Source: Deferribacterales bacterium
Lineage (GTDB): Bacteria; Chrysiogenota; Deferribacteres; Deferribacterales; Geovibrionaceae
Reading direction: 5' to 3'
Length of the DNA stretch: 64,000 nt
Assembly (NCBI GenBank): GCA_050253075.1
Contig: JBFWJS010000001.1
Span: forward strand, 576,001 to 640,000
A program made the translations under genes and the position numbers. The notes beneath the pieces are model-generated. The model did not search any database and was not told the DNA's origin. It saw nothing but the letters and a program-made list of their open reading frames with translations. Below are positions 47,722-58,095 of the stretch, in pieces. How positions within the stretch are numbered: the first letter of the stretch is position 1; every line of letters starts with the position of its first letter.

Positions 47722-47779
47722 ACGCTTATATAGCATTTTAATTGATGCTCTTAAACCTTTTTTGGGATATGATGCGCCT

Positions 47780-48538
47780 ATGGACATAAATTTATTTCAT
47801 TTGATAATCCTGTTCGTAGCAGGAATCGGTGCAGGCCTTTTAAATGCCCTTGCGGGGGGCGGGTCATTCATGACAGTGCCTTTGCTCATTTTTACAGGGC
47901 TAGAGCCCACAGTGGCAAATGCTACAAACAGGCTCGGCATATGGCTGCAGTCACTCTTCGGTACTCGTAAGTTCAGCTCTATGGGCTACTTCCCTAAAAA
48001 GTACAGCTTTCGTGTTGCTGTGCCTGTCGCTATAGGGTCTGTCGTCGGGGCGTATCTTGCAACAATTATTTCCGATGCGGCATTTACCAAGTATTTCGCT
48101 GCGTTTATGGTGCTTATGACTCTAATGACTTTTTATAAGCCTTCGGTTAAGGAATTTAAGCATGATGTTGAGGAAATGACGCCGAAAACCGCACTTATAA
48201 ATGCAGTTGTATTTTTTCTGATAGGTATATACAGCGGATTTGCACAGGCTGGCGTCGGATTTGTCATGATCGCCGCATGTGTTGTTGCCGGTTTTGATAT
48301 GGTCAGGGCAAATGCCGTAAAGCTCTTCCTGAATCTGATTACGGCAACTATCTCTGTTGCTCTGTTTATATACGCGGGTAAGGTGCTCTATATGCCTGCC
48401 ATCGCACTCGGTCTGGGCATGTCGATCGGCGCTGTGACTGCTGCGAATATCAGCGTGCGTGTCAGCAACGACTTCCTGAAAAGGCTGGTTTCTGTAGCGA
48501 TAATAATCTTTGCGGTGCTTCTGCTTATTTTGAAATAA
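47780..48538 (+). CDS. TauE/SafE-family membrane transporter
   Basis: AGLLNALAGGGS, ANATN, GIYSGF motifs, multiple TM helices. Confidence 0.88.
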   Translation: MDINLFHLIILFVAGIGAGLLNALAGGGSFMTVPLLIFTGLEPTVANATNRLGIWLQSLFGTRKFSSMGYFPKKYSFRVAVPVAIGSVVGAYLATIISDAAFTKYFAAFMVLMTLMTFYKPSVKEFKHDVEEMTPKTALINAVVFFLIGIYSGFAQAGVGFVMIAACVVAGFDMVRANAVKLFLNLITATISVALFIYAGKVLYMPAIALGLGMSIGAVTAANISVRVSNDFLKRLVSVAIIIFAVLLLILK

Positions 48539-49391
48539 ACTGACGTGCGGCATCGAGCAGTGCTTTGCTCTCCGCCTGATTCGGGCCTGTGACGAGGGTG
48601 TGGTAATATCCGCCGATGACCATCTTTACAGACTCCACCCTGAGCAGAGGGTAATCCTCCACGGGCGACATCTCGCCTGTATGTATGAGGAAAGGTCCTT
48701 CCTTTCGTTTTTCAGATGCGGATACCGTCCCCTGAATGATTATCTGTGTACCGTAAGGGACAGGATGCCTGTCGGTCTTAATGTATTTCATCCCTTTTAC
48801 TGCTATGTGGCTCGCCAGCTTCAGCTCGTCTATCTCCCTCGGCAGTTTGCTTACGGATGCGAGAATGAGCTGAAATGATGTTCCCACGGCGATGGTGACA
48901 GGGATGTCGTCCCCTTTCGAAAGCTGTTCTGCAAGGTCGGATTCCGGATAGCAGTGGATTATCGCCTCGCTGTCTGAAAGGGGCTGTATTCTGTATATTC
49001 CGCTGTTGTATATGCCTTCATGTTCGCTTATCACGCACCCCATATTTATAGAGCCGGAGACATCGTCTTCGCAGTGCTTCATGATGGGCAGGTCGGATAT
49101 AGAAATCTCTTTGTACTTGTCAGCAGACATAAATTCCAGCTCGGGGAGCTTCGCTTCGGGGTTATATCTATGGATTGGTTCTTTCAGTGCCACTTCCATT
49201 CTGGTGACGGAGGAGAAGAGATTCATGACGATGGGGATATCTCGACGGAATATGAGTGCCTTACCGCCGGGGCGGCTCTCACGTTCGGCTCGCTCGGCCA
49301 TTTTAATGCCTGAGATGTTGCCGTCCAGGTGCAGTGTGTGTCCTGCCATATCGAGTTTTCGGACTATATTTGAAAAGCTGTGCTCATACAT
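48525..49391 (-). CDS. UbiD-family decarboxylase-like protein (short)
   Basis: YNSGIYRIQ and EGPF motifs, coupled to ubiE/menG. Confidence 0.72.
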   Translation of the reverse strand: MYEHSFSNIVRKLDMAGHTLHLDGNISGIKMAERAERESRPGGKALIFRRDIPIVMNLFSSVTRMEVALKEPIHRYNPEAKLPELEFMSADKYKEISISDLPIMKHCEDDVSGSINMGCVISEHEGIYNSGIYRIQPLSDSEAIIHCYPESDLAEQLSKGDDIPVTIAVGTSFQLILASVSKLPREIDELKLASHIAVKGMKYIKTDRHPVPYGTQIIIQGTVSASEKRKEGPFLIHTGEMSPVEDYPLLRVESVKMVIGGYYHTLVTGPNQAESKALLDAARQFISK

Positions 49392-50073
49392 CAGATTTAT
49401 GGCATATGGTCGCATCGCATATGCCGAAGGTCATAGGGTTGAAATCTACAGAATCAAACCCTGCGTCCAGTACCATCTGTCTGTAAACATCCCTTTTAGG
49501 GAATTTATAGACAGAATCAGGCAGATACTCATAAGCCCCTCTGTTGCCTGATATCAGACCGCCGATGAAGGGGAGTATCTTTGTAAAATACAGTCTGTAC
49601 AGTCTGCTGAAAAACCAGCCCTCAGGCTGTGAAAACTCTAAAATGCAGAGCTTTCCTCCGGGTTTCAGCACCCTGTGCATCTCTTTCAGCCCCGTCGGCT
49701 TATCCGTAACATTGCGGAAGCCGAAGGATATCGTCATCCTGTCGAAGCTGTTATCCTTAAAAGGGAGCATGTGCGCATCGGAAACACTGAAAGCTCCTTT
49801 AGGGAACTTTTCCTTTCCGAGCCTCAGCATGTTATAGCTGAAGTCTCCGCCGATAAGGGTTATATCACCCACACGGGTGTCCATTTCTATCATCATATCT
49901 GCCGTACCGCATGCAAGGTCGAGCACTGTGTGCCCCTTTGTAATGCTTGCGAGCTTTATGGCCTTTTTCCTCCAGCGCACGTCGGTGCGGAAGCTGAGGA
50001 GCCTGTTGAGCAGATCGTATTTATGTGCGATGTCGTCGAACATCTGTTGAATTTCGCGGGATTTCTGTTCCAA
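49384..50073 (-). CDS. ubiE: Menaquinone/ubiquinone C-methyltransferase
   Basis: MFDDIA..YDLLN, VLDLACGT, SFGFRNV, AYEYLPDSV motifs. Confidence 0.93.
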   Translation of the reverse strand: MEQKSREIQQMFDDIAHKYDLLNRLLSFRTDVRWRKKAIKLASITKGHTVLDLACGTADMMIEMDTRVGDITLIGGDFSYNMLRLGKEKFPKGAFSVSDAHMLPFKDNSFDRMTISFGFRNVTDKPTGLKEMHRVLKPGGKLCILEFSQPEGWFFSRLYRLYFTKILPFIGGLISGNRGAYEYLPDSVYKFPKRDVYRQMVLDAGFDSVDFNPMTFGICDATICHKSDV

Positions 50074-50082
50074 GTGATACCT

Positions 50083-51648
50083 CTATATCCTGATGAGCAT
50101 ACAGGTGAAGTCGTCTTTCTGTGCCGTCTTCTCCTTAACCATCTCGTCGTACAGGACATCAAGTATATTGCCTTCACCAAATTTTGCAAGATGTTTGACG
50201 TCTTCTCTAAGCTGGTCGTCTGTGGTGTATTCCACCAGACCGTCTGTATATATGAAGATAACGTCCCCCTTGTGCAGGTCAATGGATTTCTCGTAATGCT
50301 TTTCTTCAAAGAGACCTATGGGGAGGAAATCTGATTTGATCACAAGGTCTTGCGCTTCTTCGCTGAAGACTGCGGCAGGCTCGTGCCCGCATGATATATA
50401 TCGCATTGTCTTGCATTTACAGTCGATGTAGCCGAAGAATGCGGTGATGAATCTGTCGGAAAATTTCTTTGCCAGCAGATATCTGTTAAGGGATGTCACC
50501 AGATTTGAAAGTGAGCCTTCGGTGTCGAAAAGGGCAGCATTTTCAGTGAATACAGAGAGCACAACGGTGAATACCGCCGCCGAATATCCCTTTCCGCATA
50601 CGTCTGCGACGGTGAAGAATATGCCTTTCTCGGTCTGTTTCACCATGAGGAAGTCTCCGCCTGCGGCTCTGGCGGGATAGTTTATCCCTGATATGCTGAT
50701 GCCGTCGTGGAGCTCAAGGTTTTTCTGTACGAACTTGTTCAGGATGTCTCCGGTGATCTGCATCTCGGATTCCTGAACCTTTATCTCTGTCATTCTCTTG
50801 TGATACTGGGCGTTTTCCACTGCGGTGGTCACAATGGATGAAACCAGTTCGGAGAATTCTTTATCGGGTATAACGTCAAAGTGTATGTTGAATAGGATGA
50901 TGCGGATGTCCATCGTCTCTTCGTATATAAAGAATATGTTGTCTATGTTGAACTTCTCGCATTCGATAAAGCTGTCGATGAACTCTGTGGCCTCCATCAT
51001 GGCGACCATCTCCAGCAGATTCTGTCCTTTGACGGTTATTTTCTTTTCAAAATCGACGAAATCTATGCCGAATCCCTGAAACTCGTCTTCGTGTATGGTG
51101 CATCCTGCCTCTGCGCTGAATGTATCCATGAAGAAATTCAGGGCGACAGCCATCACCTCGTCCACCTCTACGGCTTTGAGTATACGGCTGCTCTGTTTTA
51201 CTACTTCCAGCTTTTTCTGATAGTCGACAAATACGTTGATGTTCCGCTCACGGGCGATTATCTCGCTCATGCGCTGGCCTATATAGTCGGAGAATTCCAG
51301 CATCTCTGCTATGGCTTCTTCGTTGTCGGCGTGGAATGTCACTATGCCGTGTACGCTCCCCATGTATCTGAAAAAGACGGATGTTAACACCTCTATCTTT
51401 TCGTCGAAGAATTCGAGGGTGCGTTTTGTCCTGTCGCTTATCTGACCTTCGTATCCGAAATCGTGCAGGTCGAAACGGCCTTCTATCCTTTTATGCGTAC
51501 CCGCCACAGCCTCACAGATGGAGTTGTCTACCTTCCACAGGGTGAAGGGGGTGTCCCATGTATCTTTGATATGATCGTCTAAAAGGTGGAAAAAATCGGG
51601 GATGCTGTTTGCGAAAAGGCTGTCAAGAAGCTTCTTCTGGATCTTCAT
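50083..51648 (-). CDS. PP2C/SpoIIE-family phosphatase
   Basis: GGDF, VADVCGKG, CGH, YTDGLVE, DDFT motifs. Confidence 0.9.
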   Translation of the reverse strand: MKIQKKLLDSLFANSIPDFFHLLDDHIKDTWDTPFTLWKVDNSICEAVAGTHKRIEGRFDLHDFGYEGQISDRTKRTLEFFDEKIEVLTSVFFRYMGSVHGIVTFHADNEEAIAEMLEFSDYIGQRMSEIIARERNINVFVDYQKKLEVVKQSSRILKAVEVDEVMAVALNFFMDTFSAEAGCTIHEDEFQGFGIDFVDFEKKITVKGQNLLEMVAMMEATEFIDSFIECEKFNIDNIFFIYEETMDIRIILFNIHFDVIPDKEFSELVSSIVTTAVENAQYHKRMTEIKVQESEMQITGDILNKFVQKNLELHDGISISGINYPARAAGGDFLMVKQTEKGIFFTVADVCGKGYSAAVFTVVLSVFTENAALFDTEGSLSNLVTSLNRYLLAKKFSDRFITAFFGYIDCKCKTMRYISCGHEPAAVFSEEAQDLVIKSDFLPIGLFEEKHYEKSIDLHKGDVIFIYTDGLVEYTTDDQLREDVKHLAKFGEGNILDVLYDEMVKEKTAQKDDFTCMLIRI

Positions 51649-52738
51649 CGGTCTTTTCCTCCTCTTCTTTGTTTACTGCATGGAGTATAGGGTTCATCAG
51701 GTTGAACAGTGCCTCAGGAGGCAGTTCGAGGAACGCACCTGCCTTTTCCGCAACGGAGAGTGTGTCGTCCACCATTGCAAACATGTTCGCATAGTAAAGC
51801 ACTCCGTTGAATCTATCTGTGGGCTTTGTGTGGTGTGCTCTGACAGCTTCTGCTATCAGCCCTACGACAGACCATTTACGCAGTACAAGCTCTCCTATAG
51901 AGCAGTGGTCGGTGCCCAGCTGCTGCTTCTCGCCCTCGGTGTCGTCGACCTCTTTAACGAGGAAGTCCACGAGGACGGTCTTGCCTATATCATGCATAAG
52001 CCCTGCAAGGTAGAGGGCATCTTCGTCCTCTCCGCATTCCTTGGCGAGCATTTCGCACAGTCTGGCAACGAGAAAGGAGTGATCCCAAAGTGCCTGACCG
52101 GTGGATTTATAAAGGCTGAAGTTTTTGGAGAAGAAGTGCTCTGTGGAGATGGCGAGAGCCAGATTCTTCACAGTGTTCAGACCCAGCAGAACCGTCGCCC
52201 TGTCTATGCTGGCGACATCCTGACGGAGTCCGTAAAATGGAGAGTTGACCAGCTTTATAATGCGTGAGCTGAGCCCCTGGTCCATCTTTATCTTTTCGAT
52301 GAAGTCCTTCATCTGTGTTTTATCGTTTCGGGTGAGCCTGACGAGTTCCTTCGCCAGAGCGGGGAGCGGCGGGATGTTCTCCGCCTTTGCAATTATCTTT
52401 GCTTTCAGGGTGTCGAATTCGTTGCCGTTCACTTTAGAGCTGTTCTCTACAGGTTTCCCTGCGAATTTTTTGCGTATCTCTTCGGGTTTCAGCGGGGGGA
52501 CGAATATGCCTGAAATTTTGAAATCTTTGAGTATCTCGATGACCTTTCGGTCTTTCACCGTCAGGTAGAAATATGTGGGCACGCTGAACTGCTTCGGCAG
52601 TTTAAAAAGTGTGGCCGTGTCGGATACTTCGATAAGGCAGGCCTGTGCGTCCTTGTCCGACGACAGCACGGCGGATGTGCCGAGAGCCTGCTGAAAGAGT
52701 TCTTTGCTAGCCTGAGAGCCCACATAGAGAATTTTCAT
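51623..52738 (-). CDS. HDOD-domain protein
   Basis: IPPLP, LVNSPFYG, LWDHS, GLMHDIGK motifs. Confidence 0.9.
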   Translation of the reverse strand: MKILYVGSQASKELFQQALGTSAVLSSDKDAQACLIEVSDTATLFKLPKQFSVPTYFYLTVKDRKVIEILKDFKISGIFVPPLKPEEIRKKFAGKPVENSSKVNGNEFDTLKAKIIAKAENIPPLPALAKELVRLTRNDKTQMKDFIEKIKMDQGLSSRIIKLVNSPFYGLRQDVASIDRATVLLGLNTVKNLALAISTEHFFSKNFSLYKSTGQALWDHSFLVARLCEMLAKECGEDEDALYLAGLMHDIGKTVLVDFLVKEVDDTEGEKQQLGTDHCSIGELVLRKWSVVGLIAEAVRAHHTKPTDRFNGVLYYANMFAMVDDTLSVAEKAGAFLELPPEALFNLMNPILHAVNKEEEEKTDEDPEEAS

Positions 52739-53094
52739 TCAGCTTTGCTCTTTATCACGTCTATCAGTTCTTTAGGGCTGAAAGGCTTTGTCAGATAAGC
52801 ATCTGCGCCTGCGTCGGTGCCCTTTTTCATGTCTTCGGAATCAGCCATGGCAGTCAGCAGGATAATGGGAGTGTTCGCAAACTTCTCGTTTGCTTTCAGC
52901 TCTGCGCATGCCTCTAGTCCTGTTTTTTCGGGCATCATGACATCCAGCACGATGACATCGGGCGAATGTTCCTCGGCGAGTTTTACCGCCTGCAGTCCGT
53001 TGCTCGCTTCGATAATGTCGAATCCGCTCTTCTTCATATGCAGAGAAACAACCTTTCGGAGCCTAAGCTCATCATCAGCTATTAATACTTTCAT
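52735..53094 (-). CDS. Single-domain response regulator
   Basis: LIADD, LDVMMP, LTKPF motifs. Confidence 0.93.
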   Translation of the reverse strand: MKVLIADDELRLRKVVSLHMKKSGFDIIEASNGLQAVKLAEEHSPDVIVLDVMMPEKTGLEACAELKANEKFANTPIILLTAMADSEDMKKGTDAGADAYLTKPFSPKELIDVIKSKAE

Positions 53095-53665
53095 CTGGAA
53101 ACCTCAGCTCTATAGATATTTTGTCGTACTCGGTCTCGATCCCCTGCGATGCCAATACTTCTTTGAAGATGGCGAATATTTCAGGATTTTCATAAAAGCC
53201 TCCGTCGGGCTTTATGCTGACAGTGTTGTCTGCAAATCGTACGGAGAAGCCCCCCTGAGCTGCCAGTGCTGCCTCGTGCAGGAATATCTGCAAAAGGTTT
53301 TTAAAGGCATAGGGCTCGCAGTGTACCTTCAAGTTTTCCGGGATGTCGGTGTCAGTATTACAGCTGCCGTCTTTAGGTACGGCGTTAAGTATAAATAAGT
53401 CCACTAGCATTTTCAGATCAACATCTTCGGGCTCTGAGCTTTCAGGTTTTCCAAAGATGTGGTTGAAGCAGACGCTCATTCCTCTGTCGAAAATGTCCAG
53501 CAGGTATCCCGACTCCATTATCATCTGAGACATGGATTCGTCAGTAAGTCCTTCATTAATAGCTTCCAGCATGGCCACTATCACTGCGGTATTAGTGCGG
53601 ATGTGGTGAGAGAAGTATCTGTGAACAGTTTCGACCAGCTTATTGGAATTTTCAGCGGTATTCAT
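53075..53665 (-). CDS. Degenerate histidine-kinase-like protein
   Basis: H-box-like SHHIRTNTAVI. No recognisable N/G ATP boxes. Confidence 0.5.
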   Translation of the reverse strand: MNTAENSNKLVETVHRYFSHHIRTNTAVIVAMLEAINEGLTDESMSQMIMESGYLLDIFDRGMSVCFNHIFGKPESSEPEDVDLKMLVDLFILNAVPKDGSCNTDTDIPENLKVHCEPYAFKNLLQIFLHEAALAAQGGFSVRFADNTVSIKPDGGFYENPEIFAIFKEVLASQGIETEYDKISIELRFPDESINS

Positions 53666-53751
53666 GGTGACCACCTCTAATTTCCTAAGTATAAAGGGGA
53701 ATATCTGCATTTTCAACAAATTAATATCGAAATATGCAAGGGCCTGTGCGC

Positions 53752-55482
53752 CTAGTGATGGGGCACTGCGCAGGAGGTGTGCGATTCGGAGTTTTCTATT
53801 ATCACTATAAAGCGTTCTTTCGGCGGTTCTCTGTCGGGTTTCTGCAGTTCTATCCTGCCGTTCACCCCTTGTATCACGACGGTGTTTCCTGTCGTGTCTA
53901 TGTCTGCTAACCCTTTTACGCGGAAGGCATTTTCAGCTTCGTTTTTTATCAGGCTGAGCAGTTCGTCACGGGACAGAGGCTCATTCAGGGATATCTTCCT
54001 CGTGGTGATGTGTTCGTGGGTGTGGTTATGCATTGCGCCCGTGTCGGTGAGCCTGCTTTCACGCTCTTCGCCGTATAGCAGAGGGAATGCGGTATATCCG
54101 TTCACTGCTTTGGCATAGAGTGCGTTTGGGTTCAGCCTTTTCAGCATATTATGTACGCTCTGCACCTGCTCTTCGTCTGTCATGTCTGTCTTGTTCATGA
54201 CTACGATGTCTGCTGCCATTATCTGACTGCATACGAGGTCGCTGTCGTTTATCCTCTCTTCGGCTGACGGAGTGTCCACCACTGTGGTCACGCTGTCGAA
54301 GGCGACGATGTCTTTTATATCCTCTATCTCGCTCAGCAGGTTCATAGGGTTTGCCACGCCGCTGGTCTCGAGGATTATTGTGTCGGGGATGCGCTCTTTT
54401 GATAGATCGGCTATAGCCATTTTGAGCTGTCCCGAGAGCGTACAGCATACGCACCCTTCGTCTATCTGCACCAGTGAGCAGTCGTAGTCCAGCAGGAATC
54501 CGTCCAGACCTGTTTCGCCTGCTTCGTTTTGTATGATGCCGACGAATCTGTTCTTTTCTGTTTCATATTCTATCAGCTTTTTGATGAATGTGGTCTTTCC
54601 GCTGCCGAGGAATCCGCTGATGATGAGCAGTCTCGGTCTGCTGTCCATTATCTTCTCTTCGGATTTTATCTCTTCGTTCCACCAGCCTTTGCGGACGGCA
54701 GTTTTGAAGACACTGCTTTCGCCGTCCCTACCTTCGTATGTCAAAGCCAGAAAGAGCATGTGCGCAGTTCTGCTCGGTACTTCCTCTGCACCTTCTCTGC
54801 TTAGGATGGTCTGGAAAGCACCTGATGAACGCTTTGATATCTTGTCTGCGGATGTCTCCATAGAATAAGCCAGCGCCCCTGTGAAGGCTTTGAAAAACGG
54901 GAGTGCCAGTCTGTATGAAGGGATGTTTCTGTCGTATCCCATCGGCGGGACCAGTTCCTGAAGCTCGCCTGTTTCGCCCTTGAGGTACAGCCCCTCACGT
55001 ATTACCGTGCGGGTGAATGTCTCTGTATATAGCTCCGCCGTGAAGCGGTTTTCTTTTTTAGGGAAGTGCAGTGATATCTCGCCTATACCGAAAAGCTCAA
55101 AGAATGCGTCCACTGATGTGAAATTACGCACGCTGTCGGTATATGACGGGTCGTTTGCTGCCATTATCTCCGCTATGGAGAAGTTGTCGAGAGCCTCTTC
55201 ATTATTCATCGGAAAGTATTTTATGCCGAGGTAGCACTCGTATTCGTCGTCTGTCTCGTGGATGTAGACTATGTTTACGCCGTAGACCCCTTCTTTTCCC
55301 CGCAGTTTCACCGTCCAGCATTCGGGTGAGCTGAAGTTGGAATTGAAGCCTGCTATGCCGAGGGTGCGCTTTATCTTGAAATTAAAGCAGCTCTTCATGA
55401 ATATTGAGCGGACTATACCGCTGAATGATTCGTGCAGGTTTTCATTTATCCCCGGTGGGTATAGGTTTGTCAGGTCAAACAT
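53752..55482 (-). CDS. CobW/COG0523-family metallochaperone GTPase with long N-terminal extension
   Basis: SGFLGSGKTT, GCVCC, ETSG, NKTD, HNHTHEH, RVKG motifs. Confidence 0.9.
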   Translation of the reverse strand: MFDLTNLYPPGINENLHESFSGIVRSIFMKSCFNFKIKRTLGIAGFNSNFSSPECWTVKLRGKEGVYGVNIVYIHETDDEYECYLGIKYFPMNNEEALDNFSIAEIMAANDPSYTDSVRNFTSVDAFFELFGIGEISLHFPKKENRFTAELYTETFTRTVIREGLYLKGETGELQELVPPMGYDRNIPSYRLALPFFKAFTGALAYSMETSADKISKRSSGAFQTILSREGAEEVPSRTAHMLFLALTYEGRDGESSVFKTAVRKGWWNEEIKSEEKIMDSRPRLLIISGFLGSGKTTFIKKLIEYETEKNRFVGIIQNEAGETGLDGFLLDYDCSLVQIDEGCVCCTLSGQLKMAIADLSKERIPDTIILETSGVANPMNLLSEIEDIKDIVAFDSVTTVVDTPSAEERINDSDLVCSQIMAADIVVMNKTDMTDEEQVQSVHNMLKRLNPNALYAKAVNGYTAFPLLYGEERESRLTDTGAMHNHTHEHITTRKISLNEPLSRDELLSLIKNEAENAFRVKGLADIDTTGNTVVIQGVNGRIELQKPDREPPKERFIVIIENSESHTSCAVPHH

Positions 55483-55535
55483 GTCTGTCCTTTTATATCA
55501 GGGGCCGGACATATGCCCGACCCCATAGAGGTTGA

Positions 55536-56699
55536 TTATGCTCCGAACTGGATCCTGTCGCCGTTGCCGAGGTATACGTTGCTCTTAGAGCGGAACTGCG
55601 CCGTACCCTGTACGACGGGATACCCCGCCTCGACAAATTTTTTCGCAGTGAGGATACCCGTACAGTGGTTGCACCCCACTTTTTCGAATCCCCATTTGCC
55701 CAGAGATATGACAAGGTCGTCATACTTCGGATCCCAGTCGTCGAAAGGCGATATGTGAAGACCGCCATAGATACCGTACATCTTGTCGTTTTCATACTGC
55801 AGCTCACGATAGGCTGTGTCGGCGAACTTTATGATGCCCTGATGGCAGCATCCGGTAACGCTGACGAGCCCTTTGTCGGCTACGTTGAAATAGAGTGACT
55901 GCTCGCCGAATACACGGCAGATGATAGGCACGTCAAAGACGTATGTTGCCATGCCGGGGAGCATAGTGTTCAGGCCTTTTTTCATCAAGGTCAGCTCGCC
56001 TGTGTGGCCGGAGTCTTTGATATACTGCAGTCCTTCCTCGTAGAAGCCCTCCGGATAATAGATAGGTATATCGGGCTTATACTTCATAGTTACAGGGAGC
56101 CCCCAGAAATGGTCGAAGTGCTCGTGGGAGAGGATGAGCGCCTCGATCTCGCCGTTTGCGAGCATCTTGTCTATCCCTTCACGCTTAAAACATTCGTCCA
56201 TCCACTGATACGACCAGCCGCTGTCCAGAAGGTATTTATGCTTCTGTCCGTTCATCTCCTCCACCTCTACCAGAGCGGCATAACCGCCTGCGTTCTCGGG
56301 GTGGATGCAGTTTTTGGTCGCTATTTCCCATGCCTTTTCCAGGTCGTGGGGGAGGTATTCTTTTATGGCTGCGATCCCCTCTTTATAGGAGCCTTTCGCC
56401 AGCCCTTTTCCGTTTCCGAAAGGTGCCCAGTTGTAGTCGTACTGATTAACCAGCAGACCGCCTGCGCCTTTGATATCGCCCATGAGGACAGCGTTGTCAA
56501 ACCAGCTTGTCTCGGAGATGTTGGTCACGTGGACGCTTTTGCATACTCCGAAGTCTTTGCCCAGTCTTGTCACCTTCGGCAGGAAATTCTCTCTCATAGA
56601 TGAATATGAGAATAAGCCCATAGAGGCGAGAGTTCCCAGACCGATGCCTGTGAGTGTCCCCTTTACGAAATCCCTGCGGGAAAGTTTGTTATCAGACAT
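55536..56699 (-). CDS. Tat-exported metallo-beta-lactamase-fold hydrolase
   Basis: SRRDFVK signal, SHEHFDH, TGCCHQG, GGLH, NHCTG motifs. Confidence 0.88.
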   Translation of the reverse strand: MSDNKLSRRDFVKGTLTGIGLGTLASMGLFSYSSMRENFLPKVTRLGKDFGVCKSVHVTNISETSWFDNAVLMGDIKGAGGLLVNQYDYNWAPFGNGKGLAKGSYKEGIAAIKEYLPHDLEKAWEIATKNCIHPENAGGYAALVEVEEMNGQKHKYLLDSGWSYQWMDECFKREGIDKMLANGEIEALILSHEHFDHFWGLPVTMKYKPDIPIYYPEGFYEEGLQYIKDSGHTGELTLMKKGLNTMLPGMATYVFDVPIICRVFGEQSLYFNVADKGLVSVTGCCHQGIIKFADTAYRELQYENDKMYGIYGGLHISPFDDWDPKYDDLVISLGKWGFEKVGCNHCTGILTAKKFVEAGYPVVQGTAQFRSKSNVYLGNGDRIQFGA

Positions 56700-56715
56700 T
56701 TTATCCCTCCCAGGG

Positions 56716-58095
56716 TTAGTTGATCACTTTGAATGAGAAGAGCGTCGGTATCACGGTGATGGCGATGAAATAGAGCGCAACGCCTATCGCTGTACCTGTC
56801 AGGAGCCCCATAGCAAAGCGCGGGGTCCATACTGTCTGCTCTTCTGCTGCATGTTCGGCCGCCTCGGATGTTACGAGCTTAAAGCCAGGCCAGCCGTCCA
56901 TAAACCAGTGGTGGATAAGGAAGATGTTTATCAGCCATATCATAGGTATCATAGGGAACTGCTGAGGGTGTGAGAACCCTTTCTGTGTTCCAAGGAAGAG
57001 GTGCGATGTTTTGTAATATACGACGTATATGACGCACGCAGCCGCTATTGATATCAATGTGCGGATAAACACGTTCACGGGTGTTGAGTATTTCTTCGGC
57101 CAGTTGTCTGCGTATAGATACATAAAGAGCGCAGGCACAAGCCAGAAGATAGCCATCTCGCCGACGTGGAGCCAGCGCCAGTCGGGAGACATCAGCCTTC
57201 TTGTTCCTCTGATAGCAGGACCCCAGACGAGTTCCTGAGCGAAATAGAGGAAGAATGACAGAGCGACGGCTATGACAAATATGCCAAAGAAAGATGTCGT
57301 ACGCCTCAGCCAGTCGGTTTTTATCATGCTGAACGGATATCTTTGCCATATTGTCTCATACATCCATACTATAACCGTGGCACACATTATCCATGCTATG
57401 TGGAAGTTACCGTGTACGGTATTGGCAAAGTCCTGCCAGTACGGAGGTGCTATCGCCGTGTACTTCTGCCATGGATAGAAAAGGATGCCCATATGCGGAT
57501 GCATAGTGACAAAATAAATAATAATACTCATGAAGAAGGTCAGCATCAGTACACTGAATCCTTTCACAGGCTGAGTCAGCTTCTGCCACGGTGCATTCTC
57601 GGCTGCGACAACCCAAGCAGGGCTCAGCCATGAAGCGATGGCGGCAAACATAAGTATCGCCTGTGCTGCGTATTCCTCAGCGTAGAACTCTGTCAGCCCC
57701 AGCTTTGTCAGCTGTGCCGGGCTGAAATAGGCAATAGCGAAATTACCGAGCAGTCCGTTGAAGAAAAGTTTTAATACACCCAGAAAGATAGCGACAGAGA
57801 ATGCCGACAGTATCAAACCTTTTACAAGGGGGTGTGTGCTCTCCAGCCAGCTCCTTTTAAAGGGCCAGAAGTTGAAGATGTAAGCTACCCAGATGAACAT
57901 GATAAGGAGCCAACGGCACCACATGTAGCCCACGTACGGGGTGTACATTCTCATGATTCCTCTCGGGTCTTGAAAGATCCACCATGTGGAATAGAAGAGT
58001 ATTGCGATGACGGCAACGTTTGCCAGCATCGGCCAGGGACCTTTCCACCTTTTGACGAGCGTGCGCTCCTCAAGAAATAGTCTGCCTTCGCTCAT
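56716..58095 (-). CDS. Polytopic Trp-rich membrane protein of unknown function
   Basis: Many hydrophobic helices, repeated (W/Y)P(F/W) motifs, AAGGAG RBS. Confidence 0.75.
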   Translation of the reverse strand: MSEGRLFLEERTLVKRWKGPWPMLANVAVIAILFYSTWWIFQDPRGIMRMYTPYVGYMWCRWLLIMFIWVAYIFNFWPFKRSWLESTHPLVKGLILSAFSVAIFLGVLKLFFNGLLGNFAIAYFSPAQLTKLGLTEFYAEEYAAQAILMFAAIASWLSPAWVVAAENAPWQKLTQPVKGFSVLMLTFFMSIIIYFVTMHPHMGILFYPWQKYTAIAPPYWQDFANTVHGNFHIAWIMCATVIVWMYETIWQRYPFSMIKTDWLRRTTSFFGIFVIAVALSFFLYFAQELVWGPAIRGTRRLMSPDWRWLHVGEMAIFWLVPALFMYLYADNWPKKYSTPVNVFIRTLISIAAACVIYVVYYKTSHLFLGTQKGFSHPQQFPMIPMIWLINIFLIHHWFMDGWPGFKLVTSEAAEHAAEEQTVWTPRFAMGLLTGTAIGVALYFIAITVIPTLFSFKVIN

